Shown: positions 1 through 13,500, counted from the stretch's first letter. The stretch: 64,000 nt of DNA from Nageia nagi (GCA_050084985.1 JBITNC010000001.1:171430001-171494000); one strand, 5' to 3'. Notes: generated by a model from the letters alone, not told the origin. Numbers and translations are program-made.

Positions 1-394
1 CTAGATGAATGTTTTGGTTCAAATTTTGTTATTTTTTAAAGATTTTTTAGGAGTGGCACTAAATGAATGTTTTGAATCTTTTGATTCAAATTTTGTTATG
101 TCACATTATTTAATGTGTTTTGGTCCTTGACACTTGGAGATTCGATATGTAATGCAAAACTGTACAATTTCTTTGATATGCAATGTTGGCTATTTTATGT
201 GTTATTCTATATGGAATGTTGTCTATTTAATATTCAATGTTGAGATATAGCTAAAATTGATTTGTTTCAAATTTTCAATGTCAAATAGGAGAAATTCCTT
301 CATTTTTTCTCTATGCTGATTTTATCTGATTTTTCAAAAAATCTAAATCCTGCAGTCAAATGATTCCGATTCGATGCCGATTTGTCTAACTATG
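1..394. mobile_element. End of a hAT-like DNA transposon remnant inserted into LTR unit A
   Basis: Subterminal (T)CCGAT/CGATT repeats ending ...AACTATG. Homologous to 34920-35267. It abruptly interrupts the homology between 395+ and 15057+. Confidence 0.55.
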
Positions 395-801
395 ATTAGA
401 AGTGATGCCCTAAAGGTATCAAATATGATATGGTGTGCACACACGCAACACACATACCAATATAGCATCAAATATCATCACTCAAAACTATATAAGTGGC
501 ATCTAAAGCTGACAAAATATAAATGCCATAGCCGCAATGCATTTAATCTACATCTAATCTATCCAATAGAAAATCAGATATGCAATAAATAGACTGAAAA
601 GGTCTGACATCTAAATCGATGAGCAAAACCTCATCCCTGCACCGATCAGAGTCATAAATGAGTTTGATAGATTTGATTTGGTGGGAGCAAAACCTCATCC
701 CTACACCAGTCAAATCATAATAAAGTTTGACACAACCAATATGTATGCATTAAACATAAAAAAATAGAATACCGCAGATGGGATCTACGGGTGAATTAGA
801 T

Positions 802-3800
802 CTAGGTCAAATCTAATTCATCACGGGAGAAGTTCCACTCCTCGCTGGTGAGACCATAGGACTCAATGGTCTCCTCCAAGAATGCCACGATCGTTTGCAC
901 GCCCCTAGAAATCAGGCCAATAGTGCTTCCATTCTGCTAGAAGTAGCCTTCAATCTTTTTGATTGTGGCTTGCATCTGGTACCTCCATATGACCATCTGC
1001 CTCTCGTGCACAATAGGATGTCCTACCTTTAGCAAATTGAGATCCTCAACCTCAAGATGCTCCTAGATCAAATTCTGAGCCTTTGCCAATATCGCTTCCT
1101 TCTTCCTAACGTTATTGTCTTCCCCTTGGAACTTGAGCTGATAATGATACTCGCTCATTTGTTCCTCTACTTCCTTCCGCAAAGGGATCCTCACCTTAAG
1201 GACAACGTTGCACTTTTCAAGTGCGTGGACCAACCAATCATGGTGATAGGTGAAATCATGGTAGTAGATCAATTTCTCGAGGTTATTGGCGTATGTATAC
1301 TGCAGGTGGGAAACATTGGGTAGGTAACCATCCAATGTGCCAAGGTGAGTAACAATCTGAGTTTGAGATCTCGGATCTCAACACCTTCGGCTAGGAGCTT
1401 GTAAATGTGTGAAGACAATCTTTCGATGGTCTCCAACACCTCGTTTTTGAGTTGTTCCTTCATGAGTTCCCACCCCTTATGGAAGGAAGTTTGCTTTTGC
1501 AAATGTAAGGGGGTGGTGCTGATTTCTGGAACTCTTTATGATTTTTCGGCTGGTCGTGAGTTCTTTCTTCAATCTCTTCACTTCCTTTTTGGCTTCGCAA
1601 CCTTCCTGTGGAAACAAAAGTGTCAACCCTCCAAATTTTCTCTCCATCTAAGAGTTCTTCTTCTTCATCCTTTGAATGCAAGTCCTGGTCTATATCTTCA
1701 TCCTGAGCTGTGCTCATGCTGAGGGCTCTAAGGCAAGCATCCAGGTCAAGATCTGGATGTTCAATTGCTGACAGTGGGGGAAAGCTTTGAACCAACAGTC
1801 TTCCCTTATCAACTTTCTTGACCTCTTTCGCTAGGGTGGGCAATACTCCTATCATCTCTTTGCCTTGATGCTCCTCCTGCCTTCTCTTCTTCTTTTGTTT
1901 TTCTATCTCACCTTCATCCTCTTCATCTCCTCCACTACCACCTAAAGATATACCTTTATTTCGAAGCTGGGTTGATCTATCATAACTCCTCTTGGAAGAG
2001 GATTTATGTGAAGGAGACTTCTTCCTGGGCTCGGCAGGAGAGGACCTACATGTGGCCACCTCTCTAGCGCACTTCTTGCTAAGTATCTGGATGTCATCAT
2101 CATAAGTACCCACATCCACTATCTCATCCTCAAAGATGGTTTCCACTTCCATCTCATCAGGTGTTGAAGCACCAATGGCTACGTCCTCTTGTTGAGGCAT
2201 ATGGGCAACATTGACATCATCTTCCTCTTCCCTTTCATGATGACTCTTTGATTCTTCTGCAGAATCTTTAGCTGTACGATCAAGATTTTCATCAGTTTCT
2301 TCATTGGAAGAAGAAGAGAAGCTTCCAGAACTACTAGAACTTGGCTATAAAGGGGGAACTTTCTCTCTTGGGCTAGGAGAATGGGTTGATCTGGAAGCAA
2401 TTGCCTTAGTGGAGGAGCCACTACGACAAGCCATATTCATCACATCGTCCAGCACATCTGGAGGGAGAGCGTAATAATTAACATCTTTAAGATCAACTTC
2501 TAACACACTACACTTGCTGGGGCCTGAAATGGGCTCTCTCGAGGCCTCTTGCCTTTTCCCTACAACAAGCGAGAGTGTCTACCCTGGTGCGGAAGTGATG
2601 TGGGCAGGAGACTTGATCTTCAAAATGGGCTCCTTAGATCGAGGCTTGGTAGTTCAAGGCCTCTATGGGGGCTTTTCTACTTTAAGGGGTGCCTTCTTTT
2701 TACTCAAAAGAGCCTTAATGCATGCGATTTCCCCTTTGTCTCACACATTCCTACACCTCTCCTCATCTCCCACAGGCTCATGTGGAAAAGCAATGGGTCG
2801 ATAAAAAGTCGTGTTGTAGAAATGAGCAATCATCCCCTCAGGATCATAGTTCTTGGTAGCAACTTCCCTGAAGAAGTTGTATTGTTGCAGCTCCTCCTAC
2901 ATATGCGTTGCCACTACCTAGGTCTGGCACACATATTCAGAGAATGAAATAGGCAACTTAATGGTTGCATTCTTTTTCTTCTAGACCTTCTCCATCAAGA
3001 ACAAGAGTTGCCTAGCATACTCCATGAGGATTAACCTGTTGTTGACATATCTGGGTAGGAACATGGGTTGCTCTTCCGAGCCATAGACTCTGATGTATGT
3101 GAAGTTGTCATCTTGTAGGAAAAAGTTTACATGGACACGGATGACTTCAATAGCTGCATCAGAGATTCTCTTCACCACAGATTTTCCCTTGATATCCTTG
3201 TAGATATCGTATTCCCAGAAATTAGTCCTTTCGTAAAAGTGCTCAAATTTATGTTAGCACTTACATTTCTGGTATTCCCTCCACACAAGGACATTTTTCT
3301 ATCCCAAATACCTTTCATCAGCCAATTCCTTGGATCTGGCTTTACCATGCAGCAATAGGTACACCAGGTAAGAGTTCATGTAAAACCTCTTCGAGGAGCC
3401 GAAAAAGGACAATTGATGGTGCAAGGCATCACTAATTACCCTAGCCCACCGAATAGTTCTCCCCAAACTGATTGCACCCATAAAACCTGTGAACTCTCTC
3501 CGGTACTTGGCATCATTCTCTTGACCGGGTACTCTTGATAACAAGGTGCTCAATTTCGCCACAACTGGCAGAAATTCTTCTCTTCGTGCATTGATCAATC
3601 GTTGTCCTTGAAGGCTCTGAAACTCCTCAAGCAACCAAGGTCTAATATAATCTCCAAGCTGGGATGTGGAGTCATGGAACTCCTTCGAATGGACTAGTGT
3701 ATAATCATCCCCATAACGTTTCCAACCAAAGGCTACTTCAATACCTGCAAGGGTGAAGTACATGATCACATTACCTTCCGTGTCCCATAGCACTTTCTTG

Positions 3801-4174
3801 CTGAAATCACATTTCTTGGCCACTTTGCTGCACAAGTCAGGAAAAGGTACCGCGAATGGCATCATTGTGATATTGAACAAGCCGCATGTGTGGATAAGCT
3901 CCTCAAACAAGTCCTCTTTGCTGATGGAGGTTGTGGAGGCCAAGGTCAAAATAGGGTCCAAGTTTCCCCAATCAGTATCACCAATGAAGACATATTTCCC
4001 CTTAAATTTGGCCTCGAGGAGCTTTGGTCTACTTTTCGGATGAAACTCTATCAAACTTTCCTTCAAAAGTCGAGTCGTCTGGCTTTTGGTCACATGCCTT
4101 TCAAACAATTGGCTCTGAATCTTCCTAGTTCTCAACAGGGGTGTTTTGATGTTCGAAGCCATTGAGAACACCAC
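802..4174 (-). pseudogene. Degenerate LTR-embedded ORF, copy A (~1100 codons, unknown protein)
   Basis: ORF pieces 3299-4174, 2981-3178, 1460-2200, 1269-1502 and 1063-1335 align in order with copies B and C. Disrupted by frameshifts and stops. Confidence 0.85.
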
Positions 4175-5149
4175 TTGTCTTCCTCCTCAATCCTAGACTT
4201 CTAACTAGTCTAGGCGCACAGTTGTGGATAAGTGCAAAAGCACAGCTAGGAAAGTGTGCGACTGGGCCTAGGGGTATTTAGTCAATTTTCGAATACAATT
4301 CCTCATTCTAGATTTGGTCGCATGGTTTCGAATGAGTGCCTCAAGCATTACCTTAAAAATGTGCGACTAGGTTCAAGGATGAATGTGAAATGCCTTAGCC
4401 AAAAGAGGCTAGTTGGATGTACAACGTTCCTAAATCTTCTTTCTCTCCTGGGTCACACGTTTCAGGATGAGTGCCTAAGCATGCATGGGAAATGGTGCAA
4501 CTGGACCCTAGAATGAATGTGCAATGCCTCTTAATGATCCTCCTTCCTTGGTCACATGTTTTGAAATGAGTGCTAAAGCAGGCAAGGAAAATGATGCGAC
4601 TAAGAAGGGGGATGGGGATGAGATGAGGTATGAAATGCTCAAGAAGGGGGGTGATATTTATAGATTTGCATTTGCCAAGTGTTACTCCCTTACTAGCTCG
4701 TTAAAAGGTCAAATAGAAGGCCCACAATAGGATCACATGCTTAGTGTGCCTAAAGGACACACTTGAATCTTTACGCATGAGTCCTGGCACGCTTCCCAAA
4801 GGCTTAGATCTTGAAAAACTTCGAAAAGAGTGTAAAATGTCCTTATTTGCATGCCCAAGGATGGGTGCTTTCCCTTCTATCCTCCCATGCTTTGCTCCTT
4901 GACAATCTTGCAAACTGAAATAAAGGGGGTTGACTTCCCTTTTATAGCCTTCCAGATGGGACACATGTCACCATGGGATAGGCTCAGAATGAGGTCCTGT
5001 ACATGGGCTTCCACTTGTCAACCACGTCCGACACTTAGTCAATTTCCTTCATTTCTACCAGGTTGCATGGTTTTGGACAAGTGCAAAAGAACAAGTCTAA
5101 ATACTAATGACAACCTTTGAGGTTTAAAAAATCTGCTAAGTGTTTTTTC

Positions 5150-5740
5150 ATGCTAGTCACACCCTTTTAGAGGAGTGCAAAAGGACTCCATAAGATACAT
5201 GCGACAGCCCATGATGACCCAAAAATTTGCTAAGTATGAAGCTTCCTAGTCGCTTGGTCCCTGATGAGTGCTTGGAGGACTCACTCTAATGCATGCGACA
5301 GCCAAAAATGATGCCAAGTCTAAATGTTGGTCGCACCCTTCAGGAAGAGTGCAAAAGGACACATTACAAAGCATGCAAAAATGAGAAATAATGCTAAGTA
5401 TGAGCAGCTGCATTGGTCGCACTCTTTTGGAGGGGTGCAAAAGCACTCTACTAAACACATGCGACAACAAAATGTGACAAAATGCTAAGTGTGAGATGAT
5501 GCTCAACCTGGTCGCCCCTTTCCTAGAGGGTGCAAAAGGACTCCCCCAAAAACATGCGACAGGCTGAAAACATAGGCTTTCTTGCATTTTTCAACAAAAC
5601 AACAACAAATGAGATGCAAAATGGGTATGTACAACATGGGAGGCCCTCAGGACATCTTTTAAACATGATGATGCAAATGACAAAGACAAGGTTGGATGGT
5701 CACATGGCTTAAAGGGGGTGCAAAAGCACTCAATGGAAAA
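5150..5740. repeat. U3 array of imperfect inverted-repeat units (GGTCGCAC..GGGTGCAAAAG..CATGCGAC) in unit A
   Basis: About 5-6 units at ~90-bp spacing visible directly. Related units at 19820-20870 and 22100-22150. Confidence 0.7.
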
Positions 5741-5931
5741 CATGTAACAAGAGGAAAGGTGCATGATTTTGGCTTTTCCTACCACGAAAATGCAAATTGA
5801 ACATGTTCCTGACACTAGGCTGAAAGGTATGCATCCTCTTGACAAAATTTTCATGCTATTCTCTCCTTTTTTTATTTCCTGAGTGTTCTCAAAATGCAAA
5901 AAAATTTGGGGGATGTTGTGTAGGCACAACA

Positions 5932-6850
5932 CTCATGAATGCCAGTTGATGGAAGACATTGCATTTGGGATGCATTATTTTAATTTTATTTTACTTTTGC
6001 ATAATTCAGTATTTCAAACCTCAAATATTACAAATTTTGTTAAAGCCTTGTGATGGATGAGGATTTGCTCTCACAAGCACTGGACTAAATCTAGTGATGC
6101 CACATGGCATATTTTTTATTGGACTGCTCGAATTTTATTAATTTTATATTAGTTAGGGTTAGGGAAACACTTAGGGTTTCCTTTCAAACTATAAATAGCG
6201 CTATAGGGCTCATTTGTAAGAGAGGAATTTTGAAAATGAAACTTTAAACATTTTTTAATTAGACAAGCAGAGTAATTCTTTCTATTTTGCACTTGTTTAT
6301 TGTGTCTATTGTGAATGTGGCACAATCTTTGGAATCAAAATTGCACAAATCCATTTCTTTGGTATTATGAACTTAGACATTGGATTGTTAGTCATCAATG
6401 TGTGTTGCTTGAGATACTTGAAACATTTCACAAACCTCTTGAGGGGTAGGTGAAAGAGTAGTTGAATATCTTTTGAAGTGTTGAATGTGATGTATAGTCA
6501 ATGATTGTTCATGATATGCAACCAGATAAGTATAATTCTAAAAGTGGGCTCCTTTATGAGGGTTTAGCATGTGAAATTCATCCACATTGACAGTGTCATC
6601 CTTGTCACCTTAGACGTATGCTCCCTTCGGTAGACCATTCATGTGGTTGGCTACTACGAGTCAATGAATCCTTCTTCTAGATCCTTCGTGTAGTCTAGCT
6701 AGAATGAAAGGTTGTGTGGGTGCGTGGAACTCACAAGAAACCCAAAGGAACTTGGCTTTCAGACACTTACTTGCCGATGGAGCCTAATGAAAAGAGTTGA
6801 ACTCATATGCCTTTAGCCATCTCAATCTCCCCTCCCATTTTTCTTTATTT
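5932..6850 (+). mobile_element. Decayed plus-strand LTR fragment (host of unit A), related to 60266-63034
   Basis: 6045-6225 matches the reverse complement of 61130-61305. TATAAATA at 6190-6197. Right boundary approximate. Confidence 0.55.
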
Positions 6851-7279
6851 TACAGAGTCCAAACGATAGCTAATTACGCCAATCTTTTCCATGTTTTGTA
6901 TTGTTATAGATAAAATGTTGATGATTGTCTTGTTCATTGCCTTTTCTTTTCCATTACTTTGGGGATGGTAAGGTGTGAAAATATTATGCTCAATTTCGTA
7001 TTGCTGAAAAAATTTGTTCCATTATCCATGATGAGTTGAGATGGAACTCCACAACTTTTGATGATATTATTAATGATTAACTTTATGATATATTATGCTT
7101 TTGTTAATGCTAGTTTTATTGCTTCAATCCCCTTAGTGAAGTATTCCGTTTCTATTAGAATAACTTGTGACTATCCTATGAATGAGGATAAATCATTTCA
7201 ATGATATCTATGCCCCTAATGGAAAATGGCTGAATATGCTTGGGATTGACTTGTTTTTTTTATATTTCTTACTTTTTTT

Positions 7280-8010
7280 TACAAACATTTGACAATTTTG
7301 CTCCATGGTTGGCCAATAGTAACCTATGTGCAATCTTTTTTCTGCTGAAATATCCACCACAAAAACATGCTTTTTCATAGCTAAGTCAATTTTGTTACCC
7401 TTAAGTCACCTTAGCTATGATCTTTCAAATGATTTTCTATAAATGGTGTTGTTGAGAATGACATATTTTGTTGCTGATTTTGTAAGTTTGATTTTGCATT
7501 TCCAGGTAGCCCTTTAGAAAGAATATTGTCTTTTTAAGGTAGGCATAAATAGTTTGGTATCATTCATGCTCTACTTTTTTATTGTTGGCATTGATGAAAT
7601 TATGTATAGTAGTTGATGATCTCATCCATGTTTGATGGCTTGATTAGATCCCTGATTATCAATATGGTATGCTCATTTTCAATGCCAATGGGACCTACAG
7701 AAGATGCACCAAGCATCGCATTTGCATACCTATTCTTATTTCCTGAAACATTCTCGATTTCATAGTCATCAAAATGTTTCAATAATCTAGAACATTTCTT
7801 TGTATATAATTAGCTTTTCATCCTTGGTGTTATAGAATTCCTTCAATTGACTCAAAACTAATTGTGAATCTTTAATGATTATGATTTTGCCAATTTTGAG
7901 TATGATTTTTGCTTTGCGATCCAATATTAGGGCTTCAAATTCTATTATGTTGTTAGTGCATGTGAAACTCAATATGAGTGCCATGAGGATTATCCCATTA
8001 TTGGTCAAAT
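7280..8010 (-). pseudogene. Gypsy Tat/Ogre additional (archaeal-type) RNase H remnant
   Basis: SFTCTNNIIEFEALIL..DSQLVLSQ..NRYANAML matches the TNNxAEYEAL / GDSQLV / NxxAD motifs. Confidence 0.75.
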
Positions 8011-8289
8011 GATAACTGTTCCTACTTGTTGGGCCGTTTTTCTTTCCTACCTTGCGAATAGGCAAATTGACTTGCAAGGCTTGTGGAAGGAACCAACACC
8101 TAGGTGGAAAGGCTACCCACTATGAGGACTGCAACCTCAAAGGTCTAATGAAATGGGTGTGCAAGAATTGACTTAGGAGACTGGTTAGGATGTTTGAAGC
8201 TAGCACCAACTCAAATGAAATTTGTTAATCAAGGACTCAGATTGTCTTCGTATCAGGACACAGGGTTGTTTCTCAATCAAGGTAAATAG

Positions 8290-11030
8290 AATTGTAACTT
8301 TAGAATTGGAAATCCCTTCCCTCCAAGTACCATTAAAAGAAATCATTCCAAAAGAAGATATAAGACAAGCAAGGTTGCATCAATTAGAACATTTTGATGA
8401 GAACAAACTCCATGCAACGGAATATCTAATGTCATATACCATCAGCATCAACAGAACATATAAAAAGAATAGCTAAAGGAATTTTGGGTGGAAGACTTAG
8501 TTCTCATGGGAAATCACTAGAAAAAAACCAAAAAGAGAGTTTAAAGGCAAGTTTGAGCTAAATTGGTTCAGTTTTATATCATCATTGAAAAATTTGACTT
8601 GGGACATACAAGTTGTTGACCATGGATGACCAAGAACTTCTAAAAATCATGACCATCACGCACCTCAACAAGTACAGCACTTAAACTTTAGTATCTATTT
8701 CAACTACCCTTTCTCTATTTTCTACACTTTTGTGTTAGAATAAATCACATTACTTCATTTTCCTATCTTTTTGCATCTCAAAATAAAAATGTTTTACCAA
8801 AATGCGTGCACTCTATGAAACTTGATTTCAGAACACTAGCACTCTTTCATATTGTCATTTTTGAAACAATCTTTCTATTTTCTATATGGAAACTATTATC
8901 ATTTTTACAATTATCACTTTAGAAACATCAAAGTTTATCTATATTTTATGTTGTATCTACTGCATATTTTATAACTATTGACAAAGGAGGGGTGCCTAGT
9001 AGTCAAACTCGCCGAGACTCACCAAAAATCGCGAGTCTTGAGTACGAGTCATGCCCAACGAGTCCTAGGGGATTGAACTTACGAGTCTGGAGATTCGTCG
9101 AGTCTTGCCGAGTCTAGCTGAGTATTGGCGAGTCCAGTGAAAGCAAAGTAAGTCTGAAAAATGACTTAAAAATATTAAAAAAAAAACCATTAATTAGGCG
9201 TGTATACTCGTTGGAAAGGTCTCTTCGAATGCTACCCAATGGAAAAAGAATTACCTCGATTTAATGTCTCTATAAAAAATTATGCCTTCACACAAAGATG
9301 ACTGATCTATTTTGTGACAAGTTCAACAAGAAACAATTTCCACAAAACCATTAAGAATCCTCCAAAGTCAAAACACCACACAAGTATGAGAATTCACCAA
9401 ATCCTCACTCCAATGAAAAAGGGGAAAAACAAAAAGAATGAAGTTTGCAACCATCATAGATTGGTTGATTTTGTACTTTGCAACCATCATAGGCACATTA
9501 TATTGTGAAGTTTTAACATTTTGATGAATATAAACATATGCCCCTTCCTATTTGCCATTTGTGTATATTGTAAATTGTATAATGTTGATGTTATTGTTGA
9601 GTAAGACTTCTAAAAGACACTAATAATAGTAATAAATAATATGCAATTGAAAAAACTTATGTTTTCCGTGATTTTTTTTTTTCATTTTTTCGTTTTGTCG
9701 AGTTTTTGCCGAATTTTGGCCAATTTTTTCTCCAAGTCCCGAGTCTCGAATCCGAGTGGGCCTTGGTGAGTCTGAGCCAAGTACAAGATTGACTACAATG
9801 CTATAAAGTATTACATGTCAGTTATGACCATCAAGGGCGCACAACCAAGATCTCCCATTTATCTTTGTTTTGCAAGTCTAAATATTTTTGTTTTCATCTC
9901 AATGTTCAACTTAGGCCTTCCTAAGCAACCCAAAGAAAAAAGGAAAGTCAATACTATTAAATTCTCCAAGAATGAACGTTCTCATCCAAGCTCTTGGCAT
10001 CATTCTCAATCTTTGGGACAAGGATTTATCTCAAGCCATATCACGATAAGTTTGATCATTTCATGTTTTTTAGAAGTTGTCTTTCTATTTTGCAATATCC
10101 TCATAGCAACAAGAGCATAAGACTTCATCAAAATCTTGTATCCATTATTATTTTGGGAATATGATCTTAAGTTCTTTCCCTCAAACCACAACCCTAAAAG
10201 GGCAAAGTGTAGACAATTAAATTTGCATGTTAGCTATTTATAATGATTTTATTTAAGTTTTTTATTCTATTTATGCAAAATGTTAGTTTGCACTTACTTT
10301 GGGTAAATCAACGTTAATTTGCATGAATTTTTGTTATTTGGTATTATCTTCTATGCACATTATTCTAAACAGGTCCATCGAGGTGAACTCAAAGTCAAAT
10401 TTTTGAATTCTTTATAAAGCATTACCAAGTGCTCTTTTCAGATATGGAAAGATCATAACCAAGCATCATCATGATTTATCACAAGAAGAAAGCAATAACA
10501 TAAGATCATTTTCCATCATTGCAACAATATCATTAGAATAATCCAAGTGGCCAAAAGGGAAAAATGAGGATGAAAATGAGCATCTAGGCCAGAATGCTCA
10601 ATGTTTTGGTATCCTAGTCTGATTGGCCCCACACTTTAGCCCTGCAAACCCAAAATGTGAATTCTCTAGTCCCAAGCCTTGGCAACTCCTATTGTTGAAC
10701 CAAGTCATTTAGGTTTAGGAATGTTCACATATCATTCAAGTATCATCGCAAGCAGAATAATAATTGGAATTATCATTTTCAATATCATCATATATAGTCA
10801 TCTTCAAGGTTATCATTTTTAGAATAATATAGATTGGTTGCAGCTAGGGTTTGTCATCCAAGAACACAAGCTATCTAATAGCAAGCTTCCAATCCTTTGA
10901 TCATCCAAATTAATTCTCTGTATCTCCTCTTGTCAATTTGCAAAATCCTAATTCCCAAATCTCTATACTACATTTAGCTATTAATCAATTTTCATTTTTG
11001 AGATATAATAAATGTGCATATTTTAATACA
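8290..11030 (+). mobile_element. 3' end of a Gypsy element: integrase C-terminus, 3' UTR, PPT and 3' LTR (10208-11030)
   Basis: LELEIPSL..ARLHQLE and KGKFELNW..YKL (GPY/F region). AAAAGGGCAAAG precedes TGTAGAC at 10208; ends TTAATACA. Homolog at 36340-37548. Confidence 0.65.
8995..9800. mobile_element. hAT-like MITE
   Basis: Imperfect TIRs CCTAGTAGTCAAACTCG / CAAGATTGACTACAATG and clustered CGAGT subterminal repeats at both ends. No clean TSD. Confidence 0.6.
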
Positions 11031-11557
11031 TTGTATTATTTATGTGTATATATTGCCCCAAACTGTTTTTGAAAGGAAGCAATATCATCAACATAGCAAT
11101 TATTAAACATTTGGTGATGACATGAATGTGTTTGAAATAATTCCTTTTACATGTTTTGAGAATATCATTATAGTTGGGGATTCCATAAATGAAATCCGTA
11201 CTTGTATTATACAAGATTTAGTAAATCAACTATAGTATGATTAACCGAGTGGGGTATATAACTCTCATTCTTAGGAGTAAAAGAAAAACAAATCTCTTCC
11301 TAGGTATAAGACATTTTATACCTCCATTACATCATGACTCGTTTAAATGAATTCCCAACTGTACATTAAAAGTTGCAGCCTCATTTCCCTAATAGTAGGA
11401 GATGGCATTATTTTGCTACCTCAAATGTGATTCAGATTACAAGTTTTTCTATTGTTTTTTGTTTAGAAGTGAAAGTTAATTTGCCACAACTTGTAAAAAG
11501 TGAATCACCGGAACTAGTACATTGTGAATGGCATTATTTAGAGGATATATTACTCAC

Positions 11558-11791
11558 CTCTAGTGGATATCTAGAGAAGGCAGGCTCAAATCGATTTCTA
11601 CAGTACTTGTGGAACCCGATAGTGAGAAATGGGAGAACAAGAAGTACTGGTGCTGAAGTTTTTGCTTCTTTAGCACTTAGCAACCCCAATATTAAAAGCT
11701 GTGATATCACTAAGCTGACTATTATCCGGTAATGTACACCAGGCCAAAATGCTGCTGCACTTTCATACTTCTGATGATACACATTGATGAC
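11558..11791 (-). CDS. OSCA1: OSCA/CSC1 internal exon (TM9-TM10 region); terminal exon lies beyond the window start
   Basis: VINVYHQKYESAAAFWPGVH..FHKYCRNRFEPAFSRYPLE. tcgcag acceptor, GAG/GTGAGT donor, 234 nt in frame. Confidence 0.95.
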
Positions 11792-13135
11792 CTGCGAAAA
11801 TATTGAAGAATTCACAAGAGTAAGTTCAAAACCTTATCAGTTGCACATGTACTTGAGTATCTCAAAATATGTGAAAATAAAATAGAAATATGAAAATATA
11901 TTTATATCAAAGATACGGATACAGATACAAATACCACTGAAAGAGGCCATTACGAAATTGATGTTTGTAACTATAAAATATTAAAATGTAATGCATGTAA
12001 GGCATATATATAATTGATATGGTAAAGGGAGAAGTTAGCAACAAGTAGTTGCAACACGCATCTCTAGCATAGAAAGTATTAGCCTCTTTATGAAAAAAAA
12101 AAACAAGTGAAAGAGAAATTTGTTACTTGTACTTTTTATGAACTATGTAACATTGTTTTTGGAAACTAAGAATGTGGTGTTGACTTGTAAAAATGTAAAA
12201 TTTCATTGGTATTTGGATAAAGATCAACATCAATAACAAATCAAAGGTCCATAGAATAATAACAGCGAAGTCAGAAGACTTGTATTTAACATCAACTACG
12301 CATATCTGAAGAAAAGTATATCTCTAACTTGGCATAACTGAAGAATAAATATTTCACTAAATCAGTCAAACTCAATAGTTTAAAACTTAGGAAAAGTACT
12401 GAAGGCAGTGCTATTTCGCTTATCATCCCTGTATTAAGATATACTAATAACTGTGTCAAAGCAAATCAAACTCACAGGGTTTTTATTTGAAATTGTAATT
12501 ATTCACAAAGGAAACAAAAATCTTGTAAGCTTGACACAGTTCAATAAAGATATGTGTAAAGAACCTATAGCCAAAATAACAAAACAAAATCCCAAGTATA
12601 TCATAATAACAGAATTGAAGAGCAATAGAAGAATAATATCACCATATAATTCCAAATGGAGAATGACTTGTAATATCTAAATCTATAATATCAATAAATA
12701 GAAGTCCAAAGATGATAGCATCCACAAATTGAAAGAGGTGAACCTCCAATAGGTTTGTTGTTTTGAGGAAGCAACCTCTAAATATTGCAATTAAGTAATG
12801 AAGATGTGATTTTTCTAATGATGAGAATTACGTTTTCTCCTATTTATATGACTTATGTCTAATAATTGTATCACACCACATAAGGTGTAACCAACATAGA
12901 CCAAATAAGGAGTCATTACATGCCCTCTTCTTTTGGAAAGTTTCGTCCCAAAAGCTTGTAAAATTTTTTGAGCCATTAAAATATTGTAGTGTTTTCATGA
13001 TAGGCGCTTGATCTCGAACATGTTTTTTTGAGAGCTTGTTAGGTTCTCTTCACTTACCCAAAATCATTAAGCTTTCCCTAGGTTCCCACATCATGTTCTA
13101 TTTTTTGCATGGTATTTTTTATATTCTTCCAAGTT

Positions 13136-13500
13136 CTAGGTTCCCAAATGTTTCTTGGCTGCAAGATTCCGGTTGCACCATTCTAATAGTTGGTTCATAG
13201 TACTTAGATTTAATCTTGCACTTCTTATACATTTTCCATGATGCCTTGTTCCAAGGATATGACCATGCACTTCACCTAGCACCCATGGGATAATTATTTT
13301 ATTCTTTCTTGGAATGCTTCCTTGATGGAGATCTTTGTAAAAACCTTCTAGCCTTCTAGAGAATATTTTTCTTGCCAAGGGATGAAAATAGCATAGTCTT
13401 ACATAATTCCAAAAAAAGTTAATTGACACTTGTACACCAAAAGAAATCATTTCAATTTCCATTAAGTCCATGGGATCTCAATAATAGCACAATGGTGCTT
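13136..13500 (-). pseudogene. Highly decayed Gypsy integrase-core remnant
   Basis: Weak resemblance (EMIS..YFHPL..IPRK..II..LNLST) to the ISMDF / HFIP / HGIPKKII / LNFST motifs. Confidence 0.35.

Larger units (their letters stand above)
395..5931 (-). mobile_element. Gene-bearing solo-LTR unit A (Tat/Ogre-like Gypsy group); 3' part cut off by the hAT remnant
   Basis: 5' terminus TGTTGTGCCTACACAACATCCCC at 5931, like the LTR start at 42134. Colinear with 15057-22262. No PPT adjacent. Confidence 0.75.
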
